64,000 nt of DNA from an uncultured candidate division Zixibacteria bacterium (lineage in GTDB: Bacteria > Zixibacteria > MSB-5A5 > GN15 > FEB-12). Where the stretch lies: the NCBI GenBank assembly GCA_963735035.1, contig CAVTJJ010000004.1, positions 1,120,001-1,184,000 of the forward strand. Direction: 5' to 3'. The position numbers and the translations under genes were made by a program. Shown here in pieces: positions 37,986 through 49,450 of the stretch (positions are counted from its first letter, which is position 1; every line of letters begins with the position of its first letter). Under the pieces are notes generated by a model that did not search any database, was not told the origin of the DNA, and saw only the letters and a program-made list of their open reading frames with translations.

Positions 37986-40794
37986 ATGTCCATCAGACTT
38001 CGCACCATCTTGCTATTGCTTGGAATCGTAATCGTATCCGCCGCAACCTCTTGGTCGGTACCCCCGTCACCTGAAGCCAAAGCCCAATTTATCCAGGAAG
38101 GGATCTGGGACCAGGTCGTGGCCAATCTGAAGGCTTTCGAGGCGTCACAACCGCCCGATATGCTGGAGACAAACCGCCAGATGAATCTCGGCAGGTATCG
38201 CGCCAAGATGGCGACTAGCGCCGATGCTATCGATACCGTGCGGCTCTGTGTCATCCTGGTCGAATTCCCTGATTTTAGTCATACCGATAGCACGTATGCT
38301 CCGGCTGGGCCAACCTTCAAGTGCAGGCTTTCCGCTACCCCGCAGATGTTTGACTCGCTGCTGTTTTCTGAACAAGGGAAAGACGACGTCTTCAATCCCA
38401 CCGGCTCGATGACCGAATACTACATGGAAGTTTCTTACGGCCACAAGTTCATCCAGGGGAATGTATTCGGCTGGTACAAGGCTCCCAACAATTATTCGTA
38501 TTATGTGGGGGCGGACAATGGTATGAACAAAGGTCGCCAGCTTGCCCGCGAAGCAGTGCTGGCCGCTGACATCGCCGGCGTTGATTTCAGTCCGTATGCC
38601 AATGGCGGTACGAACGTGCCGAGCGTTATTATCATTCATGCCGGGCCGGGTGCGGAAGAGGACGCCTACGGTATCTGGTCGCACAGCAGCGCCATGAGTG
38701 TTTCAGTGAATGCAGACGGTGTATCTCTGAGCCAATACACTATGCAGCCGGAAGAAACGAGAAATCAGGCCAGAGTGTCCTCTATCGGCGTTTTCTGTCA
38801 CGAGTATGGCCACGCTATCGGATTCCCGGATTTGTACGATGTTAATTACAACCCTGGTTCGGAAGGACTGGGAGCTTGGAGTCTGATGGCCAGCGGAAGC
38901 TGGAACGGGGGCGGTCAGCGGCCGTCGCATCCCGACGTCTACTGCAAGTGGCTGGTTGGTTTCAACAGTGTCCAGGCGCTGCCTGCTAACATACTAAATG
39001 CGGAGATTCCACAGGCGGAAACGTCGCCCGTCGCTTATCTCCTTCAGGACAATCCGGGCGGAGCAAAACCCGGAACAGTGGTGGGTAGAGAACCGTCAGA
39101 AGACCGGCTTTGATGATGCCCTCCCGGGCAGTGGGTTGATTATCTATCATTGGGACGCGGGAGGCCATCAGACCGACACCACTCGCTATTTTTTCGCAGT
39201 GGAAGAAGCAGACAACAACAACAGCCTAAGACGCGGGGGTATCGCCGGACAGCCCGGGGACCCTTGGCCGGGTTCTTCGAACAACCGCAACTTCTTCGAT
39301 TATTCGTCGCCCAACTCTCGTACCTACGACGGCGCACTTACACAGATCAGTGTACTGAATATTTCCGACCCTGATTCAGTTATGCACGCCGATCTGGGCA
39401 TCTACTACGCAATCCCCTGGGTGCTGTTGTCGGGAGATTCACTGACACTCTCTGACGTGTCAGGTGGTAACGGTGATGGAAAATTCGAGCAAGGCGAGAC
39501 GATTGACGTCAAACTCGACGTTCGAAACGTCATGAAGATGACGTATTACCCCATGTTGCATCTCGACGTAGACAATCCCGGTGTCGAGATTCTTCAAAAT
39601 GATCAGAACATAGGGACTGTGCTCGGTCTGGATCTCAGCTACAATACTATTCCGATCAAAGTTCATATCCCGGATGATTTCGCGTCATCCAACGTAACTT
39701 TCACTCTCACTGTAAGATCCGATAGCTCCACGCGGGTTCACGACGGCTGCTACAAGACCAGCTTCAATTTTGATGTGACGCTCGGTAAGCTGCAGATACT
39801 GCTGGTTGACGACGACAACGGGTACGGTGACGAGCAATACTATGAAGATGCTTTGGATCGGCTCAGGATACCGCATGTTCGCTGGGACAAGTCGGCGCAG
39901 GGTCCGCCTGAATATGCCAATCTTTCTCTGTATCCGAACGTGCTCTGGATGACCGGCTCGTATTACCCTGGAACCAATCCCCCTACGCCCGGCGGAACCC
40001 TGACCACGGAAGACATAACTTTTCTCAAGCAGGTTCTGGACAACGGCGGTAATCTTCTGTTGGGCAGTCCGACAGCGGCCATTCAGCTTCAGACGCTTGA
40101 TCCTGATTTCCTCGCGAGTTACTTACACGCCAATGTTACCGGGAGTGGCACTCGGATTTACTTCAAAGGTGTTGCGGACAATGTAGTAGGGGGAGGTCTT
40201 TTCTACACACCGCGCAATGAGGTCATTTGGGACGGTGTCTCACCGTACATAGCTCCTATCAACGGCGGCGCCACAGCTTTCTATCAGACCAAGGCCGACG
40301 GCGTCGGTAATCCCATTACGCAATCGTGTGGTGTGATCTATGACGGCACGTATCGAACTGTCCTGCTTTCGTTCGGCATCGAGTATCTTGCGGCAAACCG
40401 CACCGCCGAAGGCTTTGCGCCGCCGGATTCATTGATTGCGCGTTCGCTTCGCTTCTTCGCTCGCGGGGCGGCGACCGGGGTGGACGATGAACCCACCGCT
40501 TTGTTGCCGACCGAGTTTGCGCTGGATCAGAACTATCCCAATCCGTTCAACCCAAGCACGACCATCAGGTATCATATCGATGCCGGCACTCCCACCCGCA
40601 CTACGTTGGCGGTGTTCAACGTGCTGGGTCAAAAAGTGGCCACGCTGATTGATCGGACCGAGACTGCCGGCGACTATACTGTCACCTGGCAGGGCGCCGA
40701 TGATAACGGCGGCAAGGTGGCGTCGGGTATCTACTTCTACCGTCTGAGCCACGGGACAGAGGTGGAATCGCGCAAGATGGTGCTCTTGAAATAA
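37986..40794 (+). CDS. M6 (immune inhibitor A-like) metalloprotease with T9SS-A/FlgD-type CTD (+1 shift at AAAA 39065-39068)
   Basis: ILVEFPD, HEYGHAIGFPDLY and WSLMASGSW. It continues VENRQ..GFD..LPG.GL.IYH, ILLVDDD and QNYPNPFNP...RKMVLLK. Confidence 0.9.
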
Positions 40795-40912
40795 CCCTCC
40801 CTTCTTTTGTATTTCTCCACGGCCGGCCGACCCTCCTCGACCGGCCGTATATGTTTGTGCGGCAGCGAGTTCGCTGGCATCGTAAAATTCGACAAGAATT
40901 GTCTTAATTTGA

Positions 40913-40940
40913 TTGACAGGAGCGCCGATATCTGTATATT
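40913..40940 (+). promoter_or_regulatory. Sigma70-type promoter of fur-feoAB
   Basis: TTGACA-N16-TATATT. Confidence 0.6.
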
Positions 40941-40948
40941 GGGCGTGT

Positions 40949-40969
40949 TGAAAATGAGTTTCGTTTTCA
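40949..40969. promoter_or_regulatory. Fur-box-like operator
   Basis: AT-rich inverted repeat TGAAAATGA-GTT-TCGTTTTCA just downstream of the promoter, resembling TGATAATnATTATCA. Confidence 0.7.
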
Positions 40970-40983
40970 TTTAGACTTGCCAG

Positions 40984-41505
40984 ATGAAAACGAGTGAACG
41001 TCAAATCAGACGAGGCAGTACCATGCGCGAATTTCTCCGGACCAAAGGCTTTAAGATGACTCCCCAGCGGGAATTGATCTTCCGGTCGTTCTTCGAGATG
41101 AATCGCCACGTCTCGGTGGACGAGATTTACGACCGGGTCCGCCAGCAGGATGCGACGGTTGGTTATGCCACGGTCTGGCGCAACATGAAAGTCATTTGCG
41201 AAGTCGGGCTGGCGCAGGAAGTGAATGTCGGTGATGGAGTCACGCGCTATGACCGCGTAACCGGGGCGCCGCATGGGCATCTCTACTGTTTACACTGTCA
41301 TAGCCTGACTGAGTTCGACGCCGGCAAAGTGATGGAATTCTTATCGACGGTAGCAAATGAGAACGGCTTCTCAGCGGACGGATTCAAGGTCGAAATACAG
41401 GGATACTGTCCGACGTGCCGCGAAGCAATGACCAATGAAGATCAGTCGCTGGCAAGCAATGGTGTCAGGCAACCGACTTCGCCTCGGAAAGGGCGGCGAT
41501 CATGA
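40984..41505 (+). CDS. fur: Fur-family transcriptional repressor
   Basis: MTPQRELI, HVSVDEIY, ATVWRN, HGHLYCxxC and GYCxxC motifs. Confidence 0.88.
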   Translation: MKTSERQIRRGSTMREFLRTKGFKMTPQRELIFRSFFEMNRHVSVDEIYDRVRQQDATVGYATVWRNMKVICEVGLAQEVNVGDGVTRYDRVTGAPHGHLYCLHCHSLTEFDAGKVMEFLSTVANENGFSADGFKVEIQGYCPTCREAMTNEDQSLASNGVRQPTSPRKGRRS

Positions 41506-41735
41506 CCTATCTCGACAAACTTCTCCCGGGGCAGAACGCCCGAGTAATCGGATACTCCACCGATGGACCGATTTGCCGTCGACTGGCGGAACTAGGTCTG
41601 ACCCCTGGACGTCAGATAAGATATCTTCGTAATGCGCCTTTGAGGGATCCGCTTCAGATTCAGATCGGCAGTGGCAGTCTCACGTTGCGTCACGCGCAGG
41701 CGGCGCTGGTGATGGTCGAAATAGAGGAGACGTAG
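41502..41735 (+). CDS. feoA: Ferrous iron transport protein A
   Basis: RRLAELGLTPG and APLRDP motifs. Confidence 0.93.
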   Translation: MTYLDKLLPGQNARVIGYSTDGPICRRLAELGLTPGRQIRYLRNAPLRDPLQIQIGSGSLTLRHAQAALVMVEIEET

Positions 41736-41757
41736 CCCGAGGCTGCGTTCCAACCCG

Positions 41758-44025
41758 ATGCATCAGCGCGTTTCTCAGTCGATCCCTTGCCGTGAACTGA
41801 CCGTCGCCATTTGCGGCAACCCCAACTGCGGCAAGACCACGCTTTTCAACGCGCTCACCGGCCTCAGCCAGAGGGTGGGGAATTATCCGGGTGTAACGGT
41901 TGAAAAGACGACCGGAGCGTTCACCGTCCCTGGCCGGGAAGACCTCAAGTTCAGCCTGATCGATACTCCCGGAAGTTATTCGCTGTCGGCCTTTTCGCCG
42001 GATGAATACATCGCGACACAAGTGCTTTGCGGCGATATCGAGAGGAATCCGCGGCCTGATATCGTGCTGTGCGTGATCGACGCCACCAATATCGAGCGGG
42101 GGCTTTATCTGCTGTTTCAGGTGATAGAAGTCGGACGGCCGGTAGTTGTGGCGCTGAATATGATCGATCTGGCTGAGCGTCATGGGACGAAGATCGACGT
42201 GGCGCGTCTGTCGGGGCTGCTCAAGGGGATTCCGGTTGTACCCGTAGTTGCCAGCAAAGTACAGGGGATAGATTCTCTGAAGGCTGTGCTTGCCGAAACC
42301 GCCACGGCAGAGGTCCTCCCGCAACTTTCCGGATATGATGAAATCGCCCGGACATTGGTTGAGAAGTTGGCCGCGAATGCGACCGACAATACTCGTACTC
42401 CGGCTCAGTACTTTCGCGTTTTGTTTGACCGCGGTGGGCCGGCCGAGAGAGAGTTTCTCAAACGCGAGGGAGAAAGCAAGCTGGTACTGATAGAGGAGAC
42501 TCGTCGAGAGATTATCCGTGAGTACGGCGCATTGTCCTCCGGCGAGACTTATCCACTTACGAGAAAAGCAACCGAGATAGCACGTCTCGTAGTCCGGGAA
42601 TCGGGTCATAGAGCCAACACCAAGTCGGAACGGATCGACCGCTTTCTGCTGCATCCGCTGCTAGGCCCGCTCTTTCTTGCGGCGGTGATGCTGTTCATGT
42701 TCCAGTCGGTGTTTAGCTGGGCCGAACCGATCATGCACTTGATCGACGGCAGCTTTGGACACCTGGGCAGCATGGTGCAAGGTGGAATGTCCGATGGCCC
42801 GCTGAGGTCGTTGCTCGTTGACGGTTTAATAGGGGGTGTCGGTTCGGTGCTGGTGTTTCTGCCTCAAATTGTAATCCTGTTCTTGTTCATCGCGCTTCTG
42901 GAAGATTCCGGCTATATGCCACGAGCGGCCTTTCTGGTTGATCGACTGTTCGGCTGGTGCGGGCTTTCGGGGAAATCGTTTGTGCCGTTGCTGTCGTCGT
43001 TCGCCTGTGCCGTCCCCGGAATCATGGCCACCCGCACGATTGAGAATAGGAAGCTCCGTATCATGACCATCATGGTGGCGCCCCTCATGAGCTGTTCGGC
43101 GCGACTACCGGTCTACACGATCATGATTGCCGCCTTCATTCCGCAGCGCAGCTTTCTCGGCGTGTTCAACACGCGGGGGCTGACGCTCACCGGACTCTAC
43201 GCGTTGGGGTTGATTGTCGCGGTGGTCGTTTCGTTCGTTATGAATCGACTGTTCTACCGCCAGGAACGGGCAACGTTCATGATGGATATGCCGTCGTACA
43301 CGTTTCCCACTCTTAGATCGGTGTCTATTCGCATTGTGAACCGGTCGAAATCGTTCTTGCTGCGTGCCGGGACGGTCATCCTGGCGATAACGGTTGTCAT
43401 CTGGGCGCTCAGCTATTATCCGAGATCGGAAAGCCTTGACAGTCAATTCGCTGCTCGCACGGTGGAGATACAGTCAGGATATGCCGCGAAGCGTCTGACT
43501 GCACCGCAGTTGTCGCCAGACGCCTTGGCTACTTTGGACCATGCCGAAAGGACAGAGACAGCAGACTTGGGGCGGGAACGCGCGGGGGCTCGGCTTCGCA
43601 ATTCCTACTTTGGCCGCATGGGACGCCAAATCGCACCGGTCTTTGCGCCGCTTGGCTGGGACTGGAAAATCACCATGGCGACACTGGCCTCGTTTCCGGC
43701 CCGCGAAGTGATAATTGCCACGCTCGGCACGATCTACAATCTGGGCGCCGATGGAGAAGAATCGTCGAGCACACTCACCGAGAAGATGCGGCAGGCGCGC
43801 TGGGAGTCTGGGGCGAAATCGGGCGAGCCGGTTTTCACCACGGCAGTGGCTCTTTCGATCATGGTCTTCTTTGCTCTCTGTGCTCAATGCGGGGCCACGT
43901 TGGTGACGATTCGCCAGGAGACGGCTTCCTGGCGCTACTCCGTAGCTGCATTCGTCTATATGACCGGCTTGGCGTATATATCGGCCTTTGCGACCTATCA
44001 GCTTTTCAGCAGGATAGGGGGGTGA
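41758..44025 (+). CDS. feoB: Ferrous iron transporter B
   Basis: GNPNCGKT, GNYPGVTVE, DTPGSYS, NMID, LEDSGY, CAVPGIMATRTI and CSARLP motifs. Confidence 0.97.
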   Translation: MHQRVSQSIPCRELTVAICGNPNCGKTTLFNALTGLSQRVGNYPGVTVEKTTGAFTVPGREDLKFSLIDTPGSYSLSAFSPDEYIATQVLCGDIERNPRPDIVLCVIDATNIERGLYLLFQVIEVGRPVVVALNMIDLAERHGTKIDVARLSGLLKGIPVVPVVASKVQGIDSLKAVLAETATAEVLPQLSGYDEIARTLVEKLAANATDNTRTPAQYFRVLFDRGGPAEREFLKREGESKLVLIEETRREIIREYGALSSGETYPLTRKATEIARLVVRESGHRANTKSERIDRFLLHPLLGPLFLAAVMLFMFQSVFSWAEPIMHLIDGSFGHLGSMVQGGMSDGPLRSLLVDGLIGGVGSVLVFLPQIVILFLFIALLEDSGYMPRAAFLVDRLFGWCGLSGKSFVPLLSSFACAVPGIMATRTIENRKLRIMTIMVAPLMSCSARLPVYTIMIAAFIPQRSFLGVFNTRGLTLTGLYALGLIVAVVVSFVMNRLFYRQERATFMMDMPSYTFPTLRSVSIRIVNRSKSFLLRAGTVILAITVVIWALSYYPRSESLDSQFAARTVEIQSGYAAKRLTAPQLSPDALATLDHAERTETADLGRERAGARLRNSYFGRMGRQIAPVFAPLGWDWKITMATLASFPAREVIIATLGTIYNLGADGEESSSTLTEKMRQARWESGAKSGEPVFTTAVALSIMVFFALCAQCGATLVTIRQETASWRYSVAAFVYMTGLAYISAFATYQLFSRIGG

Positions 44026-44029
44026 TATA

Positions 44030-44200
44030 GTGCTCTGGCAAGATGTCCTGACTGTCCTGGTTGTAGCCTCGGCCATACTCTATCTGACGGTTCGTCTGAT
44101 CAGGCTGCGGAAGCGGCGAAACGCCTGTTGCGAATGCCGTCTGCTGCAGGGAGTTACGGGTAATAGACGTAATTCTCGCGACCGGTTTACCCCCGATTGA
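44030..44200 (+). CDS. FeoB-associated Cys-rich small membrane protein (56 aa, not in ORF track)
   Basis: GTG 4 nt after the feoB stop. Translation MLWQDVLTVLVVASAILYLTVRLIRLRKRRNACCECRLLQG... has a TM helix, a basic patch and CCxC. Confidence 0.75.
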   Translation: MLWQDVLTVLVVASAILYLTVRLIRLRKRRNACCECRLLQGVTGNRRNSRDRFTPD

Positions 44201-44225
44201 CATTTGCTCCGAGTCGCCCCATATT
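44197..44225 (+). promoter_or_regulatory. Sigma70-type promoter of the ecfT-truA operon
   Basis: TTGACA-N17-CATATT. Confidence 0.55.
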
Positions 44226-44244
44226 CGCGGCACGGAGACCATGA

Positions 44245-45051
44245 GTGATTAGCACCGCACCACTTCTACTGGGGCACTATTACCCCCTCGATTCATTTCT
44301 GCACCGGCTGGACGCGCGCGCCAAGCTGGTGCCGATTATGGCGGTGATGGTGCTAGGTCTATTGACCGAATCGGCCTGGTTCTATCTGACTGTACTGGCG
44401 GCGCTGCTGGGGGGATTGCTCCTCTCGAAAGTAGAGCCGAAAATAATCGCGCGTAACTTCCAACCTATCCTGATTCTGGTCGCCATCACGTTTGCTTATC
44501 ACATTGTCTTCAGTGGCCATGATAGCCGCCCGGTGTTCGAAATCTTCGGCCTGACCTTGAGAGCCGAGAGTCTCTCGATGGCAGTGTTCTATTCGCTTCG
44601 ATTACTGCTGTTTGTTAGCGTCGTCTTTCTCGTCACCCTCACGAGCTCGCCGTCGGATCTGGCCGAGGCAGTTACGCGACTTCTGAGACCGTTGAAAAAG
44701 CTCAGGGTGCCGGTGGACGATATCGGCTTGATTCTATTTATAGCGATCCGCTTCATTCCAGTGCTGCATCAGGAATTTCTGGCGGTCAGAAACGCTCAAG
44801 TCATCCGGGGGGTCGATTTCTCCGGCGGGCTTTTGAGCAGGGCTCGCAAGACCGGAACGATTGTTGTCCCCGTGCTGGTAGCGGCTATCAGTCGGGCCGA
44901 TGAACTGGCGCTGGCCATGGAAGCGCGGGGGTACCGTAGCGGCGCGCCGAGGACATTTTTCACCCGAACCCATTTCGATGGCGCTTCGTGGCTGTTTGCT
45001 TTCGGCAGTCTGGCCGTCTTGATCATCCTGTTCTTGGTGACGGGGAAATGA
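44245..45051 (+). CDS. ecfT: Energy-coupling factor transmembrane component
   Basis: LHRLDARAKL, IRFIPVL, AQ..RG and AMEARGY motifs. Confidence 0.93.
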   Translation: MISTAPLLLGHYYPLDSFLHRLDARAKLVPIMAVMVLGLLTESAWFYLTVLAALLGGLLLSKVEPKIIARNFQPILILVAITFAYHIVFSGHDSRPVFEIFGLTLRAESLSMAVFYSLRLLLFVSVVFLVTLTSSPSDLAEAVTRLLRPLKKLRVPVDDIGLILFIAIRFIPVLHQEFLAVRNAQVIRGVDFSGGLLSRARKTGTIVVPVLVAAISRADELALAMEARGYRSGAPRTFFTRTHFDGASWLFAFGSLAVLIILFLVTGK

Positions 45052-45052
45052 C

Positions 45053-45802
45053 TTGAAGAATATCAAGCTCATAGTTCAATACGAAGGTACAGCCTATTCC
45101 GGCTGGCAGGTCCAGGAGAACGGGGAGACGATCCAGGGGCGACTGGTAGACGCTATTTTCAAGACCACCGGTCAGCAGGTCAATCTAATTGGAGCCGGTC
45201 GCACCGACGCCGGCGTGCATGCTCTTGGGCAGGTGGCCAATTTTCAGATTGAACACAATCTTCCGCCTGAACGCTACGCCCCGGCACTGAATTATTATCT
45301 GCCCGAGGATATCCGCGTGCTTGAATCTGAGGAAGTCCCGGGATCGTTCCACGCCCGCTTTGATGCCCGATCCCGGCACTATCGCTATCTATCATCCCAC
45401 GAATTGTCGGCGCCGTACCGGAACCTTCGCTATCATTACCGGCCTAAGGTCGATTTTGAACTGCTGCAGCAGGCAGCCGCAATGGTCAAAGGGGAGCACG
45501 ATTTCTCGCCATTTTGTGTCGTTTCTTCACTCAAGGAAAATAATGCCTGCCGCATTGAGTTTTCCCGCTGGTACCGGTTTGGGCCGCTCCTGGCTTATGA
45601 AATCCGGGGCAACCGGTTTCTGCACAGCATGGTTCGTTCGCTGGTAGGAGCGATGCTGAACCTGGCCACGCTGGAGCCGGATAAGAATCTGCTCAACTTG
45701 ACTTTAGCCTCCTTTTCGGATATCATTCAGGCCCCGGTCGGACAGAGGGTGACCTTTACCGCTCCGGCCTGTGGCTTGTACCTGGTAAAGGTGATCTACT
45801 AA
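45053..45802 (+). CDS. truA: tRNA pseudouridine(38-40) synthase
   Basis: YEGT.YSGWQ.Q, GAGRTDAGVHA, FLHSMVR and TAPACGLYL motifs. Confidence 0.97.
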   Translation: MKNIKLIVQYEGTAYSGWQVQENGETIQGRLVDAIFKTTGQQVNLIGAGRTDAGVHALGQVANFQIEHNLPPERYAPALNYYLPEDIRVLESEEVPGSFHARFDARSRHYRYLSSHELSAPYRNLRYHYRPKVDFELLQQAAAMVKGEHDFSPFCVVSSLKENNACRIEFSRWYRFGPLLAYEIRGNRFLHSMVRSLVGAMLNLATLEPDKNLLNLTLASFSDIIQAPVGQRVTFTAPACGLYLVKVIY

Positions 45803-45817
45803 GCGAAGGATACGCTG

Positions 45818-46468
45818 GTGAAATTTTTCATCGACACCGCCAATCTCAACGAAATCAAAGAAGCGGCCGCGATGGGCATACTCGACGGGGTGACTACGAA
45901 CCCGTCCCTGGCGGCCAAGGAAAACGCTCCGTACCGGGAAATACTTCAGGAAATCTGCCGGGTTGTCGACGGTCCCGTCTCGGCCGAAGTGATCGCTACC
46001 GACACGCCCGGCATGATCCGCGAAGCCGAGGAACTGGTCAAGATCGCGGACAACATCGTAGTCAAAATTCCGACAATTCTGCCTGGCCTGACCGCTATCA
46101 AGACTCTGCATGATCGGGGTATCAAGACCAATGCCACGCTGGTCTTCTCGCCGATGCAGGCACTGCTGGTAGCCAAAGCGGGAGCCAGCTATGTGTCGCC
46201 GTTTGTGGGGCGGCTCGACGATGTCTCATCCGACGGTATGGCGCTGATCGCCGATATCGTGAACATCTATTCGAATTATGTATTTCAGACCGAAGTGCTG
46301 GTGGCCTCGGTACGAAACCCGATGCACGTCGTTGACGCCGCCCGCATCGGTGCCGATGTCTGTACGATCCCGTTGAGTGTAATCAAGCAGTTGATTCAGC
46401 ATCCGCTGACCGATATCGGTTTACAGAAATTTCTCGACGATTACAAGAAAGCGCCGAAAGCCCGATGA
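45818..46468 (+). CDS. tal: Transaldolase (short, FSA-like type)
   Basis: DTAN, GVTTNPS, SAEV, VKIP. SPFVGR has Phe, which indicates transaldolase rather than FSA (Tyr). Confidence 0.88.
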   Translation: MKFFIDTANLNEIKEAAAMGILDGVTTNPSLAAKENAPYREILQEICRVVDGPVSAEVIATDTPGMIREAEELVKIADNIVVKIPTILPGLTAIKTLHDRGIKTNATLVFSPMQALLVAKAGASYVSPFVGRLDDVSSDGMALIADIVNIYSNYVFQTEVLVASVRNPMHVVDAARIGADVCTIPLSVIKQLIQHPLTDIGLQKFLDDYKKAPKAR

Positions 46469-47760
46469 TAGAACGCTACACGTTACCGGAGATGGGGGCG
46501 GTGTGGGCCGACCAGGCCAAATACCGGGCCTGGCTCGAGGTCGAAGTCGAGGCGGCCCGCGCCATGGCCAAACTCAAGATCATTCCGGCCGACGCCGCCA
46601 AAGTCATCGCGGCCAAGGCGAATTTCGATGTCAAACGCATCAATGAAATCGAGGCCGAAGTCAATCACGATGTCATCGCGTTTCTGACATCCGTGTCCGA
46701 GTTCGTGGGCGAGCCGGCGAAATATCTGCATTTCGGGATGACTTCGTCAGATGTGCTCGACACGGCCCTGTCGCTACAACTGAAACGCGCCTCGGTATTG
46801 ATTGACAAGAAACTCGATGCTGTGTTGCGGCAGATCAAACAGTTGGCCCGCAAATACCAGCACACCCCCTGTATCGGACGTACCCACGGCGTGCTGGCTG
46901 AGCCGACCAGTCTCGGATTGAAATTCGCCGTCTGGTACACCGAACTGCAGAGGCGTCGGGATCATTTCCGACACGCAGTGGAAACGATATCGGTAGGCGC
47001 GATTTCCGGCGCGGTCGGCAACTACGCCAATCTCGATCCGAGGGTCGAACAGGAAGTCTGCAAGCGACTGGGATTGAAGCCGGCCCCGGTAACGACGCAG
47101 GTGATTCAGCGTGACCGGCACGCCGAGTATGTATGTTCGCTGGCGCTGATAGGTTCATCGCTGGAAAAATTCGCGACCGAGATACGTAATCTCCAGCGTA
47201 CGGAAATCGGTGAGCTTTCAGAGGGATTCGCCAAGGGCCAGAAAGGGTCCTCGGCCATGCCGCACAAGCGGAATCCTATCACGGCTGAGCGGATCACCGG
47301 GATCGCTCGCCTCTTGCGCGGGTATACAATTCCCGCCATGGAAAACGTACCGCTCTGGCATGAACGCGATATCGCTCACTCTTCGGTGGAGCGGATCATC
47401 CTGCCCGATGCTACTATCATTCTGGATTATGGGCTTCAGAAGTTCCATGGACTGCTCAAAGGACTGGTGGTGGACGAAAAGCGGATGCTCGAAAATATCT
47501 ACTATCGCGGCGGAATTGTCTTCTCGCAGCGAGTGTTGTTGAAGTTGACCGGACCGGTCGGGTCGCGCGAAAGAGCTTACCGTATGGTCCAGCGCAATGC
47601 CATGGCGGCGCATGCCGGGAACGGTCTGTTTCGGGAGACGATTCTAAAGGATGCCGAAGTTATGGGGTATCTGAGCCAGGCTGAAGTTGACGAGTGTTTC
47701 GATCTTAGCTACTACACACGCTACGTCGACAAAATCTTCAAGAGGGTGTTCAATCCATGA
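46465..47760 (+). CDS. purB: Adenylosuccinate lyase
   Basis: MIERY, HDVIAF, GRTHG and [11 protein letters not shown] motifs. Confidence 0.97.
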   Translation: MIERYTLPEMGAVWADQAKYRAWLEVEVEAARAMAKLKIIPADAAKVIAAKANFDVKRINEIEAEVNHDVIAFLTSVSEFVGEPAKYLHFGMTSSDVLDTALSLQLKRASVLIDKKLDAVLRQIKQLARKYQHTPCIGRTHGVLAEPTSLGLKFAVWYTELQRRRDHFRHAVETISVGAISGAVGNYANLDPRVEQEVCKRLGLKPAPVTTQVIQRDRHAEYVCSLALIGSSLEKFATEIRNLQRTEIGELSEGFAKGQKGSSAMPHKRNPITAERITGIARLLRGYTIPAMENVPLWHERDIAHSSVERIILPDATIILDYGLQKFHGLLKGLVVDEKRMLENIYYRGGIVFSQRVLLKLTGPVGSRERAYRMVQRNAMAAHAGNGLFRETILKDAEVMGYLSQAEVDECFDLSYYTRYVDKIFKRVFNP

Positions 47761-48461
47761 TAGCTCGCGACGGCTGGTCATTCATTCTAATCGGTCTGCT
47801 CCTGACAGTGGCATTGCTCTGGACGGCAACACGCTGGGACAGCCGGACGGCGTTCATCGCCAGTCTGGTCTTCGCGATTCTGACGATTTTCACAGCCTAC
47901 TTCTTTCGGGATCCCGACCGGACAGCCGTTATAGAACCGGGTGCCTTGATATCCCCGGCCGATGGGCACATAGTCAAGATTGACACCCTGGCCGCGCACC
48001 CTTTCGTGGGTGAGAAAGCCATTCAGGTTTCGATTTTCTTGTCGGTATTTGATGTGCATATCAATCGTGCCCCGGCGGCCGGCAAGATCGGACAGGTGAA
48101 ATACATTCCGGGGAAATTCTTCAAGGCCTACGAAGACAAAGCATCTCTCGAAAACGAGCAGACCGAAGTCTGGATGACGACCGATTCGGGGCGACGGATC
48201 GCTTTCAAGCAGATCGCCGGTATTATTGCGCGGCGTATCGTTTGTCGTCTCTCGCAGGGTGATCGGGTGGAAGCCGGGGACAGATTCGGACTGATCAAAT
48301 TTGGCTCACGGACCGACCTGCTTGTGCCATATGACACGAGGATTGACGTGAAACTTGGCCAACGCGTAAAGGGGGGCGAAACCGTCATGGGATACCTGAG
48401 AACTCCAGCGTATGGTTCTGAAGCGCCGCAACCCGGAGAGGGGAGCCATGCAGAACTATAA
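47757..48461 (+). CDS. psd: Phosphatidylserine decarboxylase proenzyme
   Basis: FFRDP.R, SPADG, IFLS.FDVH.NRAP and IKFGSR (self-cleavage site). Confidence 0.93.
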   Translation: MIARDGWSFILIGLLLTVALLWTATRWDSRTAFIASLVFAILTIFTAYFFRDPDRTAVIEPGALISPADGHIVKIDTLAAHPFVGEKAIQVSIFLSVFDVHINRAPAAGKIGQVKYIPGKFFKAYEDKASLENEQTEVWMTTDSGRRIAFKQIAGIIARRIVCRLSQGDRVEAGDRFGLIKFGSRTDLLVPYDTRIDVKLGQRVKGGETVMGYLRTPAYGSEAPQPGEGSHAEL

Positions 48462-49212
48462 AGTCATATTCCCGGGTGTTTTCACCATGGGAAGCGTGGT
48501 CTGTGGATTTCTGTCGATTCTGTCTATTTTCGAAGGCCACGTTACCGCCGCTTGCTGGTTTGTAATCCTGGCAGGAGTGCTGGATGTCCTCGATGGCAAG
48601 GCGGCCCGCATGGCAGGGGCGACATCGCAGTTCGGGGTCGAACTCGATTCGCTGGCCGATTTTCTATCTTTCGGTGTGGCGCCGGCGGTGATAGTCCATT
48701 CGATCAAACTCAATTCAATCGGCAAGTGGGGTTGGGTCATTTCGGTTGTATATATAATGGCGGCTGCGTATCGACTCGCGCGGTACAACATCATGGCCGA
48801 CAGCGAAGAGAAGAAGGATTTCGTTGGGATGCCGGTTCCCCTGGCGGCTTTCGGGCTGGTCTCTTACGTCATCTTCAGCTACAATGTCTGGGGCGGCTTG
48901 GAATACGACGAAATCCTCATCACGATGATCGTGGTCTTCTCGTTTGTCATGGTTTCGCAGATTCAGTATGACACGATGCCAGAGAATTTTTCAAGTCCCT
49001 GGGACCGTACCAAAGCTCTGGCCCTGGTGGTGGGAGCGATCTGCATGGTCATCCGGCCAAGACTGCTGTTGTTTCCACTGGTTTCCACGTATATATTGTT
49101 CGGATTGGTAAGAGAAGGTTACCGCCTATTTTTCCTCGGTGTCGGCAAGGTAACCGGGCGGCCGTACGGTCGCCGCAAGACCGATAGAAGGAATCTTGAT
49201 GACTCAGAATAA
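48448..49212 (+). CDS. pssA: CDP-diacylglycerol-serine O-phosphatidyltransferase
   Basis: D.LDG..AR......FG.ELDSLADF.SFGVAP and RLARYN motifs. Confidence 0.93.
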   Translation: MQNYKVIFPGVFTMGSVVCGFLSILSIFEGHVTAACWFVILAGVLDVLDGKAARMAGATSQFGVELDSLADFLSFGVAPAVIVHSIKLNSIGKWGWVISVVYIMAAAYRLARYNIMADSEEKKDFVGMPVPLAAFGLVSYVIFSYNVWGGLEYDEILITMIVVFSFVMVSQIQYDTMPENFSSPWDRTKALALVVGAICMVIRPRLLLFPLVSTYILFGLVREGYRLFFLGVGKVTGRPYGRRKTDRRNLDDSE

Positions 49213-49450
49213 GAAAGCCGTTGTCTACGTCAAGCTCAAGGACGGCGTTCTGGACCCGCAGGGCGTGACGATTCAGAAGGCCCTGGCTCAGATGGGGTTT
49301 AGCGATTTCGTGTCGGTGCGCTCCGGCAAGTTCTTCGAATTGGAGTTCTCGTCGAGTGCTGAAGGCATCGATCGCAAAATAGAGGAAGTTTGTTCGCGAC
49401 TTCTGGCCAATCCCGTCATAGAAAAATTCGAGATAGAGCGCGGCGCATGA
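49199..49450 (+). CDS. purS: FGAM synthase subunit PurS
   Basis: [14 protein letters not shown] and LLANPVIE motifs. Confidence 0.95.
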   Translation: MTQNKKAVVYVKLKDGVLDPQGVTIQKALAQMGFSDFVSVRSGKFFELEFSSSAEGIDRKIEEVCSRLLANPVIEKFEIERGA

